Positions 58,601 to 64,000 of a DNA stretch of 64,000 bases are shown here, piece after piece. The translations under genes were made by a program, and so were the position numbers. The DNA is from Histomonas meleagridis 2922-C6/04-290x (lineage: Eukaryota > Protista > Parabasalia): NCBI GenBank assembly GCA_020184695.1, contig JAANOX010000270.1:1-64000 (forward strand), in the 5' to 3' direction. Numbering within the stretch: the first letter of the stretch is position 1; each line of letters starts with the position of its first letter. The notes below the pieces were generated by a model. It was not told the origin of the DNA and searched no databases. It saw only the letters and a list, made by a program, of their open reading frames with translations.

Positions 58601-58809
58601 GGTCGTCAATGCTGAGAATTGTCTTCCAGGAAAAAATGAGACCTGATAACACATTACCAAGGGCAGCAACGTGCTCGTCCGAAATTACAATTCCAAACTA
58701 CTCGTCAATAGATGTGTTGGAAAAGAATTTAAGAATAGCTGTGACGTTCTCAGTGGATATTGATCAGGACTTCGATCCAGACTTGGAAGATGTGGTTGAA
58801 CTTGAGTAA
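49606..58809 (+). CDS. Giant HECT-domain E3 ubiquitin ligase with a SPRY-like region and an acidic/Ser-rich linker
   Basis: 3067 aa. C-terminal HECT: VELEGEGASDAGGPGRELYSQI...LPRAATCSSEITIPNYSS, with the catalytic Cys present. Confidence 0.93.
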   Translation: MEAIIIPKKSEENNTDINDVSDVCSMSFLSKVFGVAKKEDDNIIYYSSLAPDEDHLSLTQFLSDYINSLQSNGQLFVSSDIRQSLMHHAKDILSQSHGDNCVNSLYSKAFKLIEKSVKSYIDNLPSPSQYSSNITEDDKSIETNLGAIMCYAFVQSFSDFSILSLDFVKQLFSHITTAFDNFPSNEKMEISQKTASDITRFTNSILDNPKFYDFDLLSQIFRIQMTFAKALNDVKYTFSYFKFLVNPENRLILTKNTYKYFDYTTEESTKIIYSIPQFSLITNMKTNKFIAYMETGELSLIDITDKLEIKTIKKIEKPKMISVVNEICFLYYEKQIIKYLNINNPETIEEISLPNEYKEVILFWQNISMLSIIAINNENEYYYLTLDSSMNFSTQQILFELKQKPINAYSINENMFILNFDENDKICYKYEVKNNKIQLKSINYSIYSPKLFSFIDKKTFYIFYPFNDSYNLMIYDNKLIELKYFPLISSNEFEEQIQNQIIDQKKVLISIISKIINNNFELTNEYKFFVHSPERNLNELLKLGKLYLNVSIQFLEYILQMIVINLFELQNNLNEELKNEILDFYESILSSNLGKNLNLQHLIVISFCISFHELFNNNYQNIQKYFNIILNDKEKIINLNYPEINIILFNKPIIFYIYSNELQNLLLNNLPSLIIKKLLLKSFHSLIHESNNIKFLETMEFLSFYSNYIMKITEYICSNIKLIYMNPFYKLLIKFGILLQSQNNVLLYYYGQIVSNYIENFYEQFMSFKPFIDTEENCLNDIKLQLNDFHQTLNFTLSSNRRSRNKYQKTYNFPCICEIVLKPDGRIKLKQNSKVKISYKSIDGTEQEITVLPNCKDIINNLKIMSDNLKISYYNPNYTYQNNVSINIDVSYREIKPNNISTMAHFTFSLLCYIIGNSLKNGLLSLKKTSKEEKFNVLLDNNIVQTVNKTTTLTKEEQNLSRGLSFNIDINNSQQIYSREMLEMFLNDITNDKPIENGPAKKLLEHLYKNVPCRHRFPKINSIQKVERYVFACLLKHLGISNSVLSYAFLLEKEEKSPVIPSNLHQLMQVIYKIRSILFLKKQKLSEEEFENVINEYLFKCQHLLNNEPILRSLIGNDNNKIHDQMTLEEAKKDIISFISSDIPFNEILDLLKIRKERYKIRMNSINIILNLLNSKSKQMIIIYLSTISNTINEIISSKDLISLPQTMLDELKVAYKQYFIKIFSMIGDKELNETQEIYCIKALPNIFNEFFTQEELINNIIPIILNSLKLEKKNYIKKSLWLLLTSIIFTIKNNSLTELFTIMINDKMFDNNKSRILKYLSVLAQQNEFNNFNIFLNLLPNSSIKICVSLFELIGQCLVFNNYEIDNLIFDFNNKKYNFNEFIHKILYYIGSIYKGNLCELLISNNYKSHFVLIQELISFLRLLLNPSSKVRIYIQNIINDLIKEIIKNPKFENDLELEYKSIGLFSVLGKGIHSLSNTSYVSNVSNKLIYPKNSSVLNNGIIYDRGNKINLDKKIKIIPNPKINTFSNIIELTPEICKLIKYYLNELNINEFDMFHSVLFSFLPIITQNKENRKIFLNEIPISILLKYVNEKISNKFKTFEELSNEIINNIYNKNDLEYIQDLRSSKIYENNIIKSESITTFGLINSYKNVLPYSFEIIINDKDENFDIDFGFLAYNDLTNKYLHLLVSPTSKYFVFNNEYVKFPILLNDNFEVGNKCICSINNSKISFSFEKQKVTYYIPFDIDNYCYVPIVRTKSNNIEFNMKKIEFNELSDYKQLNLFTTAVPRKQREKVEIEVNNKPINDDYMSILFDENKFERNKKSEKNKEVNNKPINDDYMSYLFDEENKEEETNDNENKEENDNENKEEENDNNEEEEEEEEEGNDNDEPDLISLLNEIFFDHTSNDDNSDATTVSETSSSSSSSSSSSSSDNSSVREIKRMRKVLRKQRVNTKKKEKLMRKGITPMNDTEQIYIGNLVKIDKYKLISNLIKDGNNLTKTQRKYLNSIGTIKRIYQNENETYKIDVEFYNVQKGENIILQFNSDEIIQISTNPNIIKHEENNELFKSYSIRMIRYTFLLLIQENKPEISNELLSYFVTMILELIPMNITNIKTNLMIDFIDPDEQKEFSNVLISILLKYFQDENFVKTFFEKYLSKWPTFTYEEIMKFIPKETYFNINKPNRYSTINKTITNKDSIGYLIIESKESKSTLNKIIIKTKNNEKVYNTYVKEKLFSNYIKGKNLTIEFKPKNNRYDKIILGILPINKLHSNLDSPIGYYHLLNIFIKFYQQNMFLSVNKLILKELLNSIVDNIINYDIFSCGFYYSFIKTLSETIKFNTSIDVTLINKFNNWIQPYITNLTNNNIPEHLQQMIYIKQILSLYSIEWNCNTFKCDGFITPENINNLYENMKNYKVYDTMKSLLNHDDYPSHIRKIMETIDLGFSLSNSNIFMSYLILDDWIKMKNKEKIIEINEDNYEEIVLLPYASQLSIELLTNNNNENEIEIKILNSNKNNILNVLKDSIVLTINKFVLLVKNPNKKLIKIKIVITKFNDNMNSLFSLNIKEFFDLSNYYSTKWKIEYDEILSQIITKYKDDELKVIPEDTFIMFPNIRNIKEIYLNIRLKLLYEYTNKTKKILQYLDLNNPDLPFSNILLKSKSSFTIPLIAKIIQRIVEPNSNHRRFDIVFNRSKAALFISNPNNSKAKSLLNQLIEQISIDQLKKLIVFDGPPWHVELEGEGASDAGGPGRELYSQICNEIMNPNSSYFISTPNQRNNSGPNQEVLIPNTKDFDNEKRIKYIYIGALMSIAYTSKLTQPFMLSNLFWNYMIYETIDINNIYEIDEEFKNLMDYVRNFTVESEFSTISQLTFTVKNSYGEIVELFKDGKITQVTFDNRLKYCELCERFRINEFTDVLSSVREGMKLIFGNSLSALVPWELRTLLCGDFDIPINELKKQCQIFNPVINGVNYEEMLFEALQRFSPEERMLFIKFGSGRMSLPPPGMQWSSMLRIVFQEKMRPDNTLPRAATCSSEITIPNYSSIDVLEKNLRIAVTFSVDIDQDFDPDLEDVVELE

Positions 58810-59123
58810 ATAGCAAATATTATATTAATTTAAGATTTTTGTAATTTTACTGTAATTGAATTGACTTTATAGAAATTGTAAATTTTTTTAGTGGAAAAGG
58901 TACAAAAGAAAATTCTAATTTAGATTTCTCATCTAAAATGTTCAAATCTTCATTTTCAATAGAAATGGAAATGAAGCGTATATTGCTAATCATCAAAATC
59001 AACTCAAAGATCAAATGTTTGCAGAAAACAATCGAAATAATAGTATCAAAGCAAAAGTTAACTTAAACACTCAATCATATGAAAACCATCAAAAGATACA
59101 TGGGAATTTTATATTTTATTTAG

Positions 59124-59480
59124 TTAAATCAATTTATCAAAATAAGTACAATATAATATATTTAAACAAGAAATTCTATCTATATTCTTTATTTTCTTTT
59201 TTGCACAATCATAAAGGATTCCATCATTTCTATTAGAATACATAATATTTCCACTTGATACTTTAATGATTTGAAGATTTGTATAATCCATAAAAGCACA
59301 TAATCCTACTGATGTTACTGAATCTGGAATTTCAATATTTATTAATGATGAACAAGATTGAAATGAATTACTTCCAATTGTTTTCACATTTTCTCCAATA
59401 ATAATTGTTGTTAATTTAGTACATAAATAAACTATGCATAGTTTCCAATTGATGTTACCAAATCTGGAATAATATGTCAA
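59124..59480 (-). pseudogene. BspA-like LRR_5 fragment
   Basis: TTIIIGENVKTIGSNSFQSCSSLINIEIPDSVTSVG. Confidence 0.8.
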
Positions 59481-59511
59481 TGAATAATTTCCGATTGTTG
59501 TAACTGACTGA

Positions 59512-59985
59512 TTGTTGTCGGAAACATATTATATCACACAATCAATTACACAAACAATTATTACTCAAACTGTTTTTACTAATACTATAACAATTATTGC
59601 ATCTGGTTCTTCTTATTCTTATGTTGAAACAATATTCATTTATTATGATTATACAGTTATTGGTTATTCAACATATTTTTCATATTATTCTGGTTTTTAT
59701 ACAATTATTCATCAAAATGATGATGAAAATAATAATAAAGATAATAACATCCAAATTATTATTGGAGTTTGTATTGGTATCGTAATAATTATTATTATAT
59801 TAATACTTATTATTATATTTGTTCGTATTCACAAGAAGAAACAAATAAGTAAAGAAAGTTCAGTTGAAGAAAATGAAAATAATAATACTAGCAGTTTTAC
59901 ATTTAAGAACACAGCAGATTTCACTGCTGTTGATGAAGATCCATTTGAAAATGATTTTAAAGAAGAATTTGTTGCAAATATTTGA
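59512..59985 (+). pseudogene. C-terminal part of a BspA-type membrane protein (Tyr/Thr-rich domain, TM, DPF tail)
   Basis: YVETIFIYYDYTVIGYSTYFSYYSGF, a TM helix, and tail DEDPFENDFKEEFVANI. No N-terminus on this strand. Confidence 0.8.
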
Positions 59986-60483
59986 TATTCTTTATAAAAT
60001 AATAATAAAGAATCAAACAAATTAAAAAAAAATATATTAGAATTCAAAATAAGAATATGTGCACAAATAAACTTTGCGTGGTATAAATTTTTTTTTTTTT
60101 TTTTTTTATTTTTTTATTTTTTTTTTATTTTATATAAAAATCATTTTTATATCATTAGATTACAAGATAATATCACACAAAATTTCTCACTCTAAATATT
60201 TTAAATCAAATTAATAAAATTATTCATCTAAAATTATTTGCTACATAAATCATATGAATTTTTGTGAGCAATTTCATGAGTTCAAAGAAAAGATTACTTT
60301 TTAATTTTTTATATATCTTAAAAGCATTTATTCTATTAATAACAGATTTTGTACACCATAAATGTACCATCGTTAGATTTCACACGATTTTCATTAAAAA
60401 AATCAAAGCAATAAAACGTATTTAAATATTTCGCATTTTAATAAGTTTTTTAAATTATAATTAGTTATACATTAATTTAAATT

Positions 60484-63167
60484 CTAAGGCTCAATATCCT
60501 CTGACGTTTTTGTTTGACTCTTTCGTGATGTAATTACAAACAATACGATTAACACCACAACAACAGCCAAAACAATGATTGCTGCGACAATAATTCCTGC
60601 TGTTGCTCCATTACTCAACAAATTTTCCATATTTTGTATATATAATGAATTTGTTTCGTTTTTTCTTTGTGAACTTTCATCTGTTTGCTCTACAACTTCT
60701 GTACTTATTTCCGATGTAGTATCTGTTTGCGTAACATTTTCTGTACTTATTTGTGATGTATCTTCTGTGCGATGACTTTGTAATGTTTCCTCTGTATTTG
60801 TTTCTTCACTTTGAGTGTCTTCTGTTCTTTCTATTTCTGTTTCTTCTGTTTGTTGTGTTTGCGATGTCTCTGTTTCTTGTGGTTGTACTGCTCCATAATC
60901 CTCAAAATAAAATGTTGTTCTTGATGCAATCAATGAAGTACATGTTATATTGAAATATATCATTTCCACACCTGAGAATTCAGTACTTAAACCTAATAAT
61001 GATCCCATCGAAGTATTCACATAACTTCCTCCTTCTATAATAAGTTCGTTTTCATTATTATATCCACTTATTGTATATAAAAATGATCCGTATTCTATAC
61101 CTTGAACAACCGACAAGTTAATTCCTGTTAATTCAGTTAAGTTGAATTTAAAATGAACAGTTTCATATGGTCTAAAGTCTAATTCAATACGATTTTCATT
61201 ATCAAAAGTTATAATTTTATGTTGACAAAACAAACCAATGGAATCTTCATTGCATATACAACCATTACTTGTTATATCAACAGTGTTTTCTCGAACACAT
61301 AAATTTCCCCAATTTGTTAATTCTTCAGATATTTGTAAATTAGTTACATTACCAACTATGGCTATAGAAGTAACTGATGAACAACCATTGCTATTTAAAC
61401 ATTTCGTAGGTTTTATGTGTACATAATATTTACCTTCTATTAAATCATTGTTTTTAATATAAATTCGTTCATTTGTTGAATATAAATCTTCATATTCATT
61501 ATACAATGGATGATATAATTTAAAATTAGGTCCAACTACAAATAAATCTAAATCATGAGCAAGAGAAATATATGAAATTGAATTGATTGCAATATCTACA
61601 TAAGACATTACAATTCTTAAGTCTCTTCCTTTTGTTACATTTATTTCATAAATAATTTCATCATTAGTAACATCAAATGTTTCATATAATATATTATTAT
61701 TGCTAAGTTCTGGAATTACGTTACTAACATTTAACATTCCAAATCCCCAATGTGTATCAGGAGTCTCTGGATCTGTTTTATCAGCAGAAGCTATAGCCAA
61801 TGATCGTAACAACGTCGAATGTGGATCTGATACATTACATTTTTTTCTTAAATATTCGCGTAATAAGACAAGCGTTCCTGAAACTAATGGAGTAGCCATT
61901 GAAGTTCCAGACATTATTTGCATTGCATTATGCGCAACATTACTTGCACTTAATATATATGTACCAGGGGCTACAACTTCAGGTTTAACTTGTCCGAAAG
62001 TTGTCGGCCCTGCGGATGAATAACTTGCAATAGAAAGTGGTTCATTTCGAATTGTATCTAATGCTCCAACTGATAATAGATTTTTTCCTGCTCCAGGTCC
62101 ACTTATATAATTTAGATATGGATCATTACCGCAAGCAAACACAAACAATAGATCGTTTTCGTAAATTAGAGCATCATATAAATAACGCAAATATATATAC
62201 TAGTATCTGATGTTGGTGGTGTAATTCCCCATGAATTAGTACAGATTTTGGAATCAAAATTAATTATGTACATCATAATATAAGTAATATAACGCATTAA
62301 GTAACTCATAGATCCATCGCTTTGGCCAATATCAACAAAATATATACGAGCAAGAGGTGCTGCACCATCAATATGACTTCCATTAATATGTTGACCTGCA
62401 GCTGTACAACTTACATGTGTGCCATGACCAGTTTCATCCCCTGGACTTGTTGTGTACATATATTCTAATATCTTACGATGTTCAGGTCCTATACTAAAAG
62501 TGGTTTCATCACGAAACCAATCAGATTCAAAATAAAGACCAGAATCAACAATTGTAATGACTTCACCTTCTCCTTGATAACCAAGATCATGAAGAGGACG
62601 CGGTATATAGTCATATGAGCCATACTTAGTAAGGTCGGAAAGTTGAGATCCTTGTACAAAGCCTACATCAAGATTATTAAAAAAGCGAACGCGAAAGTCT
62701 AGATAAATTGATAAAACAAGATTGTTGGAAAGAAGAGAAGAAACTGTTTGAGAACCTGTAGAGTTAACAACAAATGTTTCGGAATTAAATGTTTTGTAAA
62801 TTTGATAATCAGAATTTGAAAAAGAAGAATGAGCAACAACAATAAGATTTTTGGAACTTTCAAGTGCTTCTATGGATGACATATTCTTATTTGTTTTTGG
62901 AATTATATGAATAATTGCTTTTTGAGAAGAATTAATAAGTGAAATTTGTGATGGTGATAAAAACGCTAAAAACTTTCTGAATGAAATTTGATGTTCATGT
63001 TTTAGCAAGTAACCAAATTCACCAAAAAATGATTTTCTAACAATATTAACTTCGCACCATTGTGGTAATAAATCAGCATCATTGATTGCAATACTTTCAT
63101 GGCTCATACTAAGTGTGATCTTCTTCAACGATTTGGAGATCAACAATGAGAGTAAAAGTGAATACAT
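60484..63167 (-). CDS. Subtilisin-like (S8) serine protease with a C-terminal TM helix, split by a frameshift at about 62190-62200
   Basis: Catalytic motifs ITIVDSG, TGHGTHV, FACGND and SGTSMATP, followed by a Cys-rich segment, a Thr/Glu stalk and a TM helix. Confidence 0.9.
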
Positions 63168-63535
63168 CTATTGCTTAAAACTTCAAATTTCAAATTCACT
63201 GTGTCTATCGGCAGCCATAATTTCAATTAGGAACACACTTCACACAAAAAGTTCTATGATTTTTCTGGGAAATACGTTGATCGCTTTTATCGGGTAGAAG
63301 AAAAAAATTATCCACTGATTGCTGAACCAAACAATAAGATTTATCATAAATAAGTTTAATTTCTAAATTTTTGTTTCTTTCCTTGTACACCTACTTTGAC
63401 TTATAAATTTATATAATTTCTCATTTCCTCATTTTTTAAAGCAAAAACATATGTTACAACAAAAACTTTAGATACTTTTTGAAACACCAGTATTCATGGT
63501 GTTTATACCCCATCCCTTGAACAATATTTACAATA

Positions 63536-64000
63536 TCATTGTTCAGGAGGGGATGTTTTATGTGAATCACATTTAACGGAGCTTTCATTAATTTGAGATG
63601 AAGCTAATATCTCATTTAGATTTACTGACAAATAATCTCGTACTGCAATTCTGTTTGCTCTTTTTCTGGTTATGATTTTAGGTTTATTTTCATCTTCTTT
63701 TGTCTGTTGTATTGAACCATTCATAGAAGATGTACACCTACGAAAATTAGCTAAAGGAATTGGGAACGCATATAATTTGTTAGGTATAGAATTTAATATG
63801 TAGTTAGGAAGTTTAAGAAGATAAAAACTATTAAAATATATATTTGTATGGTTATTAAAACCTCCAAAGTATATTACTTCTCCTGTTTTTTGAATATATG
63901 TTGCTGTCCCACGTATAATACCCATTGGTAAATTTCCTTTTACTTTAATAACATTAGATTTATATGTAAATAAATTAATCAAAATAATTGGAGGATAAAT
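63536..64000 (-). CDS. Kelch-repeat-like protein, 3' end (open to the window edge)
   Basis: VIYFGGFNN...FNSFYLL kelch-type motif. The frame stays open to position 64000. Confidence 0.6.
   Translation of the reverse strand: MYPPIILINLFTYKSNVIKVKGNLPMGIIRGTATYIQKTGEVIYFGGFNNHTNIYFNSFYLLKLPNYILNSIPNKLYAFPIPLANFRRCTSSMNGSIQQTKEDENKPKIITRKRANRIAVRDYLSVNLNEILASSQINESSVKCDSHKTSPPEQ

Overview
AT-rich eukaryotic DNA, almost certainly from a parabasalid (trichomonad; Tritrichomonas-like by inference). The evidence is DUF3447-ankyrin and BspA-like families, a Myb fragment, TCAYTW Inr motifs and multi-kb intronless ORFs. Housekeeping-type genes are a neurofibromin-like protein, an F-BAR/SH3 protein, tRNA-Asp, a 3067-aa HECT ligase, a membrane subtilisin and a kelch protein. 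They are interleaved with decayed Tc1, pogo and mariner transposons, a 2.8-kb foldback inverted repeat and several pseudogenes. The standout signal is in four DUF3447-ankyrin genes (9.5-12.1, 24.1-25.8, 32.0-34.4 and 44.1-47.1 kb). All 28 C-terminal ankyrin modules are stop-free, and the 24 internal ones are 87-90 nt. Each is preceded, at the beta-hairpin loop, by a non-coding AT-rich spacer with no GT-AG ends. Spacer length is quantised: 80 nt in 18 cases, 63 in 4, 83 in 2, and one each of 60, 78, 79 and 100, so 26/28 equal 20n or 20n+3. Most spacers can fold into a hairpin and carry an xxGx-coding 12-mer at a fixed position, while module codons vary mainly at DARPin-type binding positions. 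This suggests an undescribed processing system (non-canonical splicing, translational bypassing or DNA excision) acting on a variable ankyrin-binder repertoire. The mechanism is inference only. Many other frameshifts sit in homopolymers and may be assembly errors.
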